From: Chlorokybus atmophyticus
Lineage: Eukaryota; Plantae; Mesostigma and Chlorokybus algae
Reading direction: 5' to 3'
Assembly (NCBI GenBank): GCA_009103225.1
Contig: RHPI01002161.1
Coordinates: 107,401 to 171,400, forward strand
DNA: 64,000 nucleotides
Part shown: piece after piece, positions 49,398-61,600 of the stretch
Position numbering within the stretch: position 1 is the stretch's first letter
Layout: each line of letters begins with the position of its first letter
Notes under the pieces: generated by a model
What the model saw: only the letters and a program-made list of their open reading frames with translations
Told to the model about the DNA's origin: nothing
Databases searched by the model: none
Translations under genes and position numbers: made by a program

Positions 49398-51439
49398 CCT
49401 CGCCGCCCACAACCTTAAGCAAGGAAAAGGAAGAGGAGAAGAGCAATGCACTCAGGGCGCCAATTGTGCTTCAGCTGGCAAGCCTAACACCCTCCTCCAC
49501 AAAGCTCGCTAGCAGGCCACCGCCCCCGGCCAGGACCGGGCGACGACGACGACGACCACGGCGGCGACGACCTTAATCACGCCCTCAGCAATGCTCCGCT
49601 GCTGCAGCGGAGCTGCCTGTCTGCTGATGTCATGGATGAGGACAGCGGCTGACGCGGACGCTGACATTCCGCTGCTGATTACACTCAACTCACGCCCGCC
49701 TGCCCCGTAACCCAATGTCTCTGTCCATCAACCAACCTCAGTCAGTTGACCAAAAAGTGAATCACGACTGAATCACCTGTAACTTGGACAGGTTCACTGG
49801 CGAAATCCCTCTGATTTGAGCATGGCGCAAAATCATGGTTAGGGAACGGACTTAACACTGTGTTGAGCGGTTGGGATACGGAGACGGGTATAGTGTCTTG
49901 AAGGCAGCGTGTTCTAGCCCTGTTATTGGCTCACACTGCTGCCGTCCTCTGCGTAACCCACTGTTGCTTGTGTTGACGGTTTTGACGGTTCCCCCCCCGC
50001 CCGAAACTTTTTCGAATCTGCTTGTTTGTGCATTTTCCCCCGGCTTTTTCCCCTGCCGCAAGGCGGCTGGCCGCCGGCTGCCGGCTGGGGGATATTTTCT
50101 TGGGTTTCCAACGCGTTCGTTCAATGCCTTTTGGTGGCTTGAAGCACGCGGTCCGGAGTGCTGACGACGGAGGCAGGGCAATGTGGCAACGGTGACAGCA
50201 CTCCTGACGTGGCGAAAAAAGCGCGGGAGAAACGACGCGCCCTCGCTCTTGTTAACGGCTTCTTGCATTTCTTTTTGCAAAGCGTGCTCACCGTTGCCCG
50301 CACGGCGTTGGGGTCCTCCGAAGCTAAATGTAAATTGTCTTTATGTGCAATGCAGTGCCTGTAGTTTTCGATACGCCACATGCACATGTAATTATGTTGT
50401 GTTTTGTTATTTATTACTTTATCTAGTTAGTGCTGTGCCTCAACTACACATAACAGTCTAGCCGCTTTGGGTGCAGATTCGCTAAGCGCATACGATAGCA
50501 AATGTTACGGTAAAAATGCGATGCGAAGTGCATAAAGTTCACCAACACAAAAGGCCAAACCACGGACAACAGCCACTCGTTGGTCACATATTCATGCTAA
50601 GTGCATATTCTCAATGAGTTTTACTATGGGCACCAACGTCATGCACTTATCGAGGTTTGACTATACAATTGGTAATACATCGTGACAATTGTCAAGACAA
50701 GCACGCATTACGATAGCCCCACTTTTGCTATACGTGATTATGCTTCCCTCTGTTTGCTGCAGGTAGCTGCGCGGTGCTGCTGTTCCTGCCTGCTGCTGCC
50801 GCACTACTTGCTTGTCACACATAGCGCATAGCACATAGCGCCAACCCCATAGTGTCGTGGTTGTGCTTAAGTTGCTGGCTGTTAGTTAAATGCTTTATGC
50901 TTACGAGCATTGGTTGTGAGTGCTTGGCCCATGGGTATTACCCTATGCATGCGCTGTGAGATGCGATGCATGCTTTCATTTGCGGAACCAATATGCATGA
51001 TCATGTTTCACAATAAAGCAATGCAAAATTGAGACATGCTTAATACACATGTCCATTATGGATGCTTGCAACATATTACGCTCAGTACATCATGCATTCA
51101 GCTGTCAATATTCACAATTTATATTCCGTCGTGCTAAGCGTTATGGACCACGATCTGAAGCAATAATTCGTACACATTCAACAGTATTAATTGCGCGAGC
51201 TATTGTCAGCGTTTGGAAGTGCATGCACTTGTATCGTCAGTAATAAGGGTTGCACTGAGATACAACAAGCCATGCACGAAGTTACTGTATCTTAATCAGC
51301 CTAACCTATGGCTGTGCATATCCTAAAGCATAGGCCTAGTGCAAGTGACACATGCCATGTATATACAACCTGGTCGCTCTGCCTACAATCACAACAAAAG
51401 TACGCACTGAACACTGCCAGTGTACATGGAGCCATCCGC

Positions 51440-53469
51440 CTACATGCATTGCATGAGTGTCAGCTCCATGTTCCCCAACTCCGCTTGCAGCCAATGTGCC
51501 ACCGACAAGTACCCCAGCTTCCTTGCTGCAGCAGGCAACCCATGAGGACTGAACATGAGCGTATGCATGCGCACGCACACAGACACACACACGTGCGTGC
51601 GAATACGCGGACATGCACATACGCGCACTTGTGCGTACATGCATGCACCCGCACAACCACTCGCACCCACGCAAATGCGTGCACAAACCTGCATGTATGG
51701 CAATGCCAGTCGGTGCCAGCTTTCGTCTCTTCATGCAAAAGGAACTGCAAGGAAGAACAAGATGAATGAACAAATCAACACTGGCGTATAAACAGTTCAT
51801 GTTGGGCATCAAATGCCATATGCCCACCTGTTGCACACCCAATGCGGTATGGTGCCAAGCTCCTCGATGCAATGAGCACACATCCAGCTGGGATCAGCGC
51901 GCACGGCCTCCAACTCTGTCTTACCACACCACAACACCCGTGTCACTCCCAGCACAGACACATTCATGCATTACACACAATCTGCCAGCACCTTGCCCAT
52001 AGCGGACTCGCAGACACGCTCGACAGAAAATTCCATTTGCTGATCGGCAGCGCGAGCATGCCGATTTGCCTAGTCAGAACAAGTGGAAATAGAGATGCTG
52101 TGACTGTTAGTGTCAATGCCATGCACGCAGCAGGTACAACGCTGCAGGTACAGCAGGTACAACGCAGGTACAGCAGGTACAACGCAGGTACAACGCTTGC
52201 AAGTATACCATGCATGTGAAACTTACCTATGCACTCTTTTGAGGAGTCAAGCTGCGAGCACCTCGGGCAAGCTTCCTCGGCACAAAGCTTCTTCTGTCTA
52301 CACAAAACACAAGCCACACAAAGCCATTAGCGTAACATTGGGTCATGCACGCCATCCATTGCATAACACTTGATGAATCGCTTTATGCGACACGCACACA
52401 TACAACCACGCACACGCACACGCATGCGCATACATGCGCACACCCGCACAACAGCGCAACAGCCACCAAAACAATAGTACCTGCAGAAGTGGCAGCAAAT
52501 GCCAACGACTTGGTCGTACAGTCCCCCTCTGCCATCCCTGTTCTTGCAGCGCAGAGCCAACATCTCCCCCGTGACATCACTCACCCTCCCGCTGACAACA
52601 CTTGCTGGCCTGGCTTTCCTTGCCTTCACTTTGGAAAAGACTTCAATGCCATCCGAAGCTAAGCAAAGAGATTAGTATCAAGTAAGTTGAGACTGTGTGC
52701 TGCCCACACTTTGACCCACATTGCCGTCTCGCAGTGATGCGGTCTGAGGCGCGGCGCGAAGTGGGTTTGATGGGCTCGCTCTGACGCTTGCTCTTGTTTT
52801 GTTGTGCCTTTGTTGCCTTTGTGCAGCTGCTGTCTCTCTGATCCTCTTGCTTGACTCTCACAGCTCGTATGGGCTTAGGCACCTCAAGCTCTTGCAGCTT
52901 CGCCTGAGGCATAACACAGACCTCTTCTTTATTTCTTGCAGCCAACAGCGTACCAAAGCTCGAGCTGCTTTGTGAATACTTGAGTCACACGCCAGTCTGC
53001 ATGCAGCAGCATTTCACTTCAAACTAGTAAACTAGTTTACCTATATAAGATGCACAAGAAGTGATCGTTTGTCAAGCGAGATGTTCGGAAGGAATAATGC
53101 TGCATGCAACCGATGATTAGTGCAGGCGTTCACGTGCAAGCTAACGAGTTCAAGCCAATACACATGACCACACCACATTTTTTTGTTTCATGGCTTATTG
53201 AGATCAATCCAGCAACGCAGATATAGCTATGCTTTGCACTTGTTTCATAGGGTTTTGCCATTCTAACTGACTGCATGCGACCAATGCGTGCATTGTGCAG
53301 GGTTAAAGTTATTGGCCCAAGTGTGTAAGGCAGCTGCGCGTGCTTGCCGCCACACCTTGTTGGCGGCGATGCGCCTCAGCCTATGCCTCTCATAGTCGTT
53401 CACCACCACCTTTGCGTCCTCCTGCGGCGTCGACGCTGCCGCCTCCCCCGCCGCCCCCGGCGGCGCCAT
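51440..53469 (-). CDS. CDCA7: CDCA7-like zf-4CXXC_R1 zinc-finger protein
   Basis: YERHRLRRIAANK; LYDQVVGICCHFCR-QKKLC...CSRC...FCRACLRVRYGQ...WMCAHC...CNSSFCMKRRKLAPTG...GYLSVAHWL. Confidence 0.85.
52131..52195. repeat. Short tandem array of CAGGTACA cores (6 copies, 9-14 bp period), intronic
   Basis: Cores at 52131, 52145, 52154, 52165, 52174 and 52185. Confidence 0.9.
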
Positions 53470-53674
53470 GAGCCACGTGGCACCTTTACATGGCTCTCTA
53501 TGTTCCCGCCCTAACCGGCAAACGGTCACATTCTCAAAGGGACTCTGGTTAGAACGCCCGACTATTAACCAGAACGGTGGTAAAGACTGCTAAGTGAGCC
53601 TGGTTAACCTGGCAGGCTAAACTGATTCGGTTAGCTTAGATGTGTGCTTTTGTGGTTGAATTGTGACCGGCGCA

Positions 53675-56512
53675 ATGCAGCAGGCGACAGCGGCGGCAGG
53701 CCGCACGTGCTGCCACGTGGAGCTCCGGGGACGGTTCTGCTCTTTGTCCGTGTCTTCATTCTCTTCCGTGTCCTTGCCGACGCCATCTATTTCAAAGCGG
53801 TCAGTGGCTCGGTTTGGCAAGCTGCGCCGCAAGCAGCTAGCTTGTGCCTCTCTCAGCCAGGCGGCGACGGAGGTGGACGACAAGTATGCAGGCAGCCATG
53901 AGGTCAGCCGTGAGCCTTCGGTTGGCCGAAGCCACTGGCAGGAGAAGGTGTTCAGCGTGGTCATTCCCACGTACAACCGCTGGCCCATCCTCAGCAAGAG
54001 CCTTGCGGCTTTGGAGCAACAAGAGCTGGCAGATTGCCCTCATGTGAAAGACTATGAGGTATATGGTGTTATGCATGCACAAATACACACATGCATGCAT
54101 CTTCACAAAGACGTTACTGCTGCTTATTGATTGCAGTTGCAAGGAATGCAGGTAGCGCTGTCAAAACTCAGTGCAGAGCGTTGCACATAATGTTGTACGC
54201 AGGCTTGCATTGTTTTACACAGCATACAGCTATGCTTGCATAAATACTTTCTTACCAAATGAGTGGTTTGACACACATCACATTGTTACGGTATGCACAG
54301 GTTGTTGTGGTTGATGACGGGTCCATGGATGAGACGCTCGAGCGCATTGAAGCTCTCCAGAGGGAGGGACAGTTGAAGCATGTGCGGCTGTTTAAGCAGG
54401 AGCACGCGGGTGCGACTGCTGCACGCAACCTGGGTGTTGCCGCTGCACGAGGTGTGTGTGACATGTAATAGCGGTGTGTGGTGTGGTGTATACATGCACA
54501 TACACTTGCCCCCCNNNNNNNNNNNNNNNNNNNNNNNNNNNNNNNNNNNNNNNNNNNNNNNNNNNNNNNNNNNNNNNNNNNNNNNNNNNNNNNNNNNNNN
54601 NNNNNNNNNNNNNNNNNNNNNNNNNNNNNNNNNNNNNNNNNNNNNNNNNNNNNNNNNNNNNNNNNNNNNNNNNNNNNNNNNNNNNNNNNNNNNNNNNNNN
54701 NNNNNNNNNNNNNNNNNNNNNNNNNNNNNNNNNNNNNNNNNNNNNNNNNNNNNNNNNNNNNNNNNNNNNNNNNNNNNNNNNNNNNNNNNNNNNNNNNNNN
54801 NNNNNNNNNNNNNNNNNNNNNNNNNNNNNNNNNNNNNNNNNNNNNNNNNNNNNNNNNNNNNNNNNNNNNNNNNNNNNNNNNNNNNNNNNNNNNNNNNNNN
54901 NNNNNNNNNNNNNNNNNNNNNNNNNNNNNNNNNNNNNNNNNNNNNNNNGCCCCCCCTTCCCTCACACACACACACGCACGCACATGTGCCCAGGGTTCTG
55001 CATCCAATGTCCATCTGTTTGCATAGGTTGGTGTGTTGACCGCATCCATCCATACACATTTGCACACGCGCACACACATCCATATACATGCATACACGGG
55101 CACGCATGTACACTCATGCGCATTCGCGCGCGCACACATACCACCAACTATGTCCGTTCAGACACTGCAGTACACATGATCATCCGTGAACGCGAACAAC
55201 TCTCCAGGTGACACGATCATCTTCATTGACTCGGACATGGTGGTTGTCCCGCGCTTCATTGCATCGCACGCTGAAGCGCTGGCGCGGGCCAGAGCCAGAG
55301 ACGGAGATGACCGCGCGTTTACTTATGGGCGTGTGGTGAACACGAGCAACTTTGACAGGCCCTGGGAGGAACCTTTCAAGTTGACGGTAAGGCACAGGTT
55401 CAGGTCTGTTGTTGCATGGCCCGTCATATCTGCCAACAACTCAGTCTATGTGCGTGTCTACTCACGCGCGTGTGCACATGCATGTGTTACATCATGCAGA
55501 TCACCACGCCCTACATCAGCACGCCACTGCTGCTTGTTTGTGTGCTGCAACAAGTATGCCACATTACTTGTTACCACAGCGTCACACCGTTCTGCACTAT
55601 GTAACAGTTGTAATACGATTAACCACGCCATACCACACCTCATGTCCTATGCACTTTATGATGTAAACATTGGCATGCTGTATAAAGGGCTCTATTCACC
55701 TCCACGTGTAAAGCCTCCTTTTTATGAGAGTAGCAATCACAAGCTGCACGGCGCATACATGCATGACACATAAACTTACGCAGGATTACTCTGCAGCATT
55801 CTTCGCAACGGGCAACGTTGCCATCTCACGCGCGCAACTAGTAGAGGCCTCAGCAATGTTGCCCAATGGGATGGGCCCCTTTGACGCCGATTTCAGCGAG
55901 TATGGTTGGGAAGATCTTGAACTTGGAGGTGAGGACATGAGTCCTCGCTTGTCGACTTTAAGGGTGGGTATGTTGTGTGGCACTCATGTATAGTTTCTAT
56001 GCAGAGCGTTTGAGGCAAAAGGGTGCACGCATCCACCATTGCCCAGAAGCTGCAGGCTTCCATTGGCACCCTGCCTTCTCCATGGACCAGCTGCCAAAAC
56101 TGATTGAGCAGGTACCCATGTGCGTGCGTACGTGCACATGCGTGCACACGCAACAAGTCATTGTGTGTGCTTCATCTCAGTATAGGGCGCCTAAGGACAA
56201 GTTGTAACCTCATGCACAACACACAACATCACTATCTGCCAGGAGCAGCAGCGCGGGCGCAACGGCGTGCGCTTCTTCCGCAAGCACCCCACGCTAAACG
56301 TGCGGCTGATGATCCAGATGACGCCGTTTCATCACGGGTTGTGGGCCTTGCTGACGCTCTTCGGCCTCATCAACGAGCGCACGCTCGCGCCAGTGCTACG
56401 CACCCTCTGCAATGCCGGCAAACCCGGCATTGCACTTGGGCTGCTCTCTCCTGTTCTGAACTGGCATTGCGTACAAGCTGTACGCGAAGAGGCCGACAGG
56501 ACGCTTAAGTAA
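53675..56512 (+). CDS. Family 2 glycosyltransferase, cyanobacterial type, with transit-peptide-like N-terminus
   Basis: FSVVIPTYNR, VVVVDDGS, AARNLG, IIFIDSD, FATGNVAI, YGWEDLELG, HWHP and FFRKHPT. An N gap falls in an intron. Confidence 0.9.
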
Positions 56513-57114
56513 CGCGAGTATTGCGTACGTATGTTGTTGTGATTCTTGAAGTTGTGATATTGGGCTTACATGTGTCTGCTTCCAACTAGTGTGGTGTATG
56601 TTGGGCTGGGAACATGTATCGCTGTAGTCAATGGCGCACTATGTGTACTTGTGTCAATCAAGCAGCTCAGTGGAAAGGTGTTATGTTAGATCAGGTGTTG
56701 TGTTAGATCAGGTGTTGCCTGTCTATGTGAGATATGCAGCAATGCGCGACGTGTTACACATGCATGGGAGGGTTGCATGATGTCACATCAGCGCACACAC
56801 GCTGTGTGCTGATACGGTGCGGGTGTAAACAGCCTCTGTGGTCAATGTTATGCTGGGCAAACACCACTTCTGCTCATGCAACAAGCACATGCGCACAGGA
56901 ACCCAGTCGCACTGATAATGGTGCGCGAACAAACCAGAAAGGATACCTATCAGGAAAAACTGAGGTGTATGTATACAGGCCTATTTACAGATGTACCCGA
57001 ATTCACGCCACACCCTTGCAAATGCACTAATGCAAAGCTCAGGGTCAAAACTATCAAAACGTTGCTTCTCGCACAGCGAGATGCACAAAATTGTGTTTGG
57101 TGCCTGTACTCCAT

Positions 57115-57583
57115 CTATGCGTCATCGTGCACTTCGGTGAGCTTGCCGGTGGAGACGGAGTACACGAAGCCGCGCACGCTATCCTTGATGGGCACGAAGG
57201 GGCTGGCTTTAATGCGCCTGATTGACGCACGCACATCGTCCTCGAGGTCAGAGAATGTCTCGGGGCTCCATGTTGGAGCAAAACCGACCTCTTTCTGCAC
57301 GCAAACACACATCAACACGGCAACAGTTACCTCAAACCGTGACTGTTGTGTAAGGGAACGTTGCTAGTGGAGCGGACTGGCGACAACAGCATATCTACTT
57401 TTTATATATGTCAGTATTGTTCTTGTTGACAGAGATGCCAACCTTCGCAAGTTAATTCACACTCCAGCTTGCCCCCCCCCCCCCCCCCCCCCNNNNNNNN
57501 NNNNNNNNNNNNNNNNNNNNNNNNNNNNNNNNNNNNNNNNNNNNNNNNNNNNNNNNNNNNNNNNNNNNNNNNNNNNNNNNNNN

Positions 57584-57615
<32 letters not shown>

Positions 57616-58283
57616 TTCTCCCAACCTCTGCCTTTCACTCACACCCACTATCACTCTCCCCTTTCCTTCTTCCACCCAGTACACCCTCCACCCTGCTCAC
57701 ACTCATGCCTATCGTAGTCATGCATGCATGCATGACCAGACTACTGAGGTTGTTGGTGTTGGTGTTGGTGTTGGTGTTGTTGTCCCCCACCTTGATGTCG
57801 TCCCGCAACTTCGGGTCCGTGAACGTGAGCATGCCGCAGTCTGTGTGGTGCACGAGCACGATCTCCCGCGTGCCCAGCAGACGCTGAGATATCGCCAGGC
57901 TCCGGATCACGTCGTCGGTCACAACACCGCCAGCGTTCCGGATTACGTGGCTGTCACCTGCATGTGTGTCCATGTGTGGGTGGTCCACACTACTCACAAC
58001 AACAACAACAACAACAAGCCATGATCACAGCGACAACGACAAGTGTACCTATGTTGAGGCCGAGTGCGTGGTAGGGGCTGAGGCGGGCGTCCATGCATGC
58101 CACCACCGCCACCTGCAATGGGTAACTCACATCACATCACATCACATCAGGTTAGACCAGACCAGACTAGAGGTGGTCACGTACATGTTTGGCTGGGGGG
58201 AGGGGCAGGTCTCCCTTGTCAAATTGGGCGGCGAAGCGCTGGTTGTTCTCCAGCAGCTGGTCGGTGACGCTGTTGTCGCCCAT
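57115..58283 (-). CDS. Beta-carbonic anhydrase, clade D (Rv1284-like), 4 exons
   Basis: [17 protein letters not shown] and HHTDCG provide the Cys-Asp-Arg/His-Cys Zn site; [16 protein letters not shown]. Confidence 0.93.
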
Positions 58284-58660
58284 GTCGCTGAGCCTGGAGG
58301 GGTGTGCGACACAACTCCTTCCTAGTGTTGCTCCTTGCAGAAGGCAGCGGCGGTGAACAGCGACGACAACACCAACAGCAGCAACAAGAACAAGAACAAG
58401 AACAACATCGTTCACGACAACGTCGCACCCACACAGCAGCGCTGTTGACAAAAGGAGACCCTCTGCGCCCAATTTGGTAAAGCCCTGCGCTTTGCCCTTA
58501 GAGGCTCCGGAAGTTGAGGACCGGAAGTTCTTTTTATACACATGAACTTGCCTTGTCTACTGGAATATTGCTATTCACAGGGCAGAGTATAGAATCTTGT
58601 TGGGCAGTCTCTTCCTTAGAGCATAGCAGCGGTGGCGGTGGCGGTGGTGGTGGAGGCGTC

Positions 58661-61600
58661 ATGGCGGCGGTGGCGCACAGGGTGGTGCTCATCTGCATCG
58701 ACGGGTGGGGACTCTCTGATGATCCCCATGGCAACGCCGTACTCAACGCCGACACGCCCGTCATGGACGCCTTCCAGAAGGAGGTCAGTCTGTTGTGTTT
58801 GCTTGTTTGCTTGCTTGCTTGTTTGTGTATTTGCTTGTTTGTGTGTAGGCGCAATTTGCGTCACTCAAGCAGCGTAGCAATGCTCAGTTGAAGTTTTGAT
58901 AATCGCGTGCTCGACCTGAGCAGCAGCAAAACAGTTCATTGTGCGTAACAGTACATAGTGCATTGTTCATTTGCATGCGAGCTTTGCAAGCTGACTGCAT
59001 GCCTGAGCAACAACTGTCCCTTTGTTCACTGTTTGTTTCTCTGTCGGTATTTTGTTTAAAAAGCGACCCTAACAAGCAACACAAAAACAGGCTGCGCATG
59101 CAGTGTTGGACGCTTCCGGATTGGCAGTGGGCCTGCCGGACGGCATCATGGGAAACTCTGAGGTGAGAAGAAAAGGAGAGAGCATTCATGCAGTGCATTG
59201 CAGTGCAGTTCAAGTCAGTGTTGCAAGCTTGCAGAGTCTGTTGAACATCACATGACAATTGATAAGCGCACCAACTGCTTAGCAAGCTTTAAATGGAAAT
59301 CCGATATGAGTACGAAACCATGCATCTGCTTAAGCATGCTTTGCAAAGCTAACTGTCTTGTCACCCAGCACTGTACTGCTGCTCAGACCAACCCCTTGAC
59401 AATATCGTTTGTGGCAGGTTGGCCATTTGACCATTGGGGCGGGGCAGGCCGAGTACCAGGACTTGGTGCGCATCTCACTGTGCGTAAAATTGGGTAATCT
59501 CGCGGAGCAGCAGGCCATAAAGGTAAATCACAGTTATCTGCACCCCAGTAAGAAACATATAAGCATTGCTGATAAGCAAGTGTATGCGCAAAATCTCCTA
59601 CATGCAGGATGCGTTTGCGCGCGCTGTAAATGGCAACGGAAGGATGCATTTTCTTGGTTTGTTGAGCGATGGCAGCGTGCACAGCCATCAGGACCATCTT
59701 TATGCGTTGCTGGAGGAGGCGAAGAAGGCTGGAGTGCCCAATGCGTTCGTTCAGGTATCGTGTGCGTGTCATCTGCATTTTTGTTGACTTGCTAAATGTT
59801 AGCATCATGCATAATGTGTAAGGAAATGCCACGCATGTACAGCGTCATGGGGGAAGAAGAGGGAGGAAGGGCAGGGGAGGGGCCAGAGTGACGGGTGGGT
59901 CAATCAACCATAAGTACACTCATGTTGCATGCACGCACGTGTGCGTTCGCATGGCGAGCGCGCCTGCTCTTGTGTGTGTTGCTGCGTGCGCGTGTGTGCA
60001 CACACAAGGGCACCTGTGCGCATGTGTAAGGCTCCTGCCATGTACGTTGCAGGCGTTCATGGACGGTAGGGACACCCCCCCAGACTCCGGTGCCGGGTAC
60101 CTGCGCCAGCTGGAGAGCAAGATCCATGAGCTGTCGTACGGCTCGATCGGGACCGTCGTCGGGAGGTATTACGCTATGGACCGCGACAAGCGGTGGGAGC
60201 GCGTGAAGCTTGCCTATGAAGCCCTCGTCAGGAGTAAGGTAATATATGGTAATAGATGACCAAGGGTCCTAGGAAACCTTATTTAGCTGAAGATTTTATC
60301 TTAGAATTTGCATTGATTACAATACGGGGTACTACATTACATCATTGCCGATTTCAACCTTTCGTGTGCACGAAGCACCCGATCTACAGAAACCCTTTTC
60401 CCGCCTGTCACATCGCGACAGGCGGCGAAAAGGACGTTTCTGTAGAATGGCGCGGTGCACACAAAAGGTTGAAGTCGGCAATAAAGTCCATTTCAATAGA
60501 TTCTCTTCTTAATCGGTCTATCTACGCTGCGATTCCCAATGAAATAGAATATAGCACAAGCCTGCCACCAACGCGGTTAACAGTTCTGGTTTACGCAATG
60601 TCATGTCAGAATGCACCGCTGCTGCGGGTGGTTTTGGGTATTCCCCAATCCAAAGGTGGTGATTGCTGAACTATGCCGACCGAAGCCTATCAATGTGTTT
60701 GTGTGCTCACACACACGCTGAAGGACACGCGCATGCGTGTATGAATATCCTCACAGCAACATGTTGTGTGTACAGCTGATTTTGTGTTGATTGCAAACCG
60801 AGTTGCATGCACGGATGTGCGCATGCTGCCAGTTTGCATGTCAACTAGCTCTCTATCTCAGGATGAAGGCAGTCCTATCTCTACAAGCCCCTCTGAAGCC
60901 GTGGAGGCCAGGTACAAGGAGAACGAGTTTGACGAATTCTTGAAACCCATTATTGTGGACCCGGAAGGTGGCATCCAGGCAAGTCCCACATTGACCAATA
61001 CACACCCTTTGGTGGCAATCTAGTTCAGCATGTTGTATGTTTCTGTTCTTGTTATAACCAAAGGTGATTACTCAGCCTTATGCGTGCAGGATGGGGACAC
61101 GTTGCTATTCTTTGACTTCCGCTCAGATCGCATGCGAGAGATCGTTGAGACATTGGGTAATGTGTTTGGACTGTCTTGTGTCGGGTTGTTTGCAGCCGTT
61201 GTTGGTTCGTGGCGTTAATGCCGTGTTTTTCTTGCAGGCATCAAGCCCCCGTTTGAGACCGACAAGCATCCCAAAGACTTGGGCGTAGTTCAGTTCACTC
61301 AGTACAAAAAAGACTTCCCTCTTCCCATTGTTTTCCCACCTCAAGTAACATTACACCCAGTGTGTGTGGGTGCATATGCCTGCGCGCGCACATGTGTGTG
61401 TGTGCGCGTGTGTGTGCGCGTGTGTGCGCGTGTGTGTGCGTGTGTGTGCGTGCGTGTGCGTGTGCGTGCGTGCGTGCGTGCGTGCATGCGTGTGCACAAA
61501 AACTCTAACAGCAGCAGCAGCAACAGCAGCGATAACAACAACATGTGTGTGTGCAGACCTTGCAAAATGTGTTGTCTGAGTGGTTGAGTAAGAAGGGCAT

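Noticed and set aside
49850-50400. Several GC-rich ORFs upstream of the nuclease gene
   Set aside because: No motifs or splice-consistent model; probably promoter or intergenic sequence.
56689-56720. 17-bp tandem duplication TGTTAGATCAGGTGTTG
   Set aside because: Two copies in a 3' region; ordinary slippage.
46014-57583. ORFs spanning N runs (about 46014-46161, 54515-54949, 57493-57583)
   Set aside because: Assembly gaps bordered by poly-C; no information.
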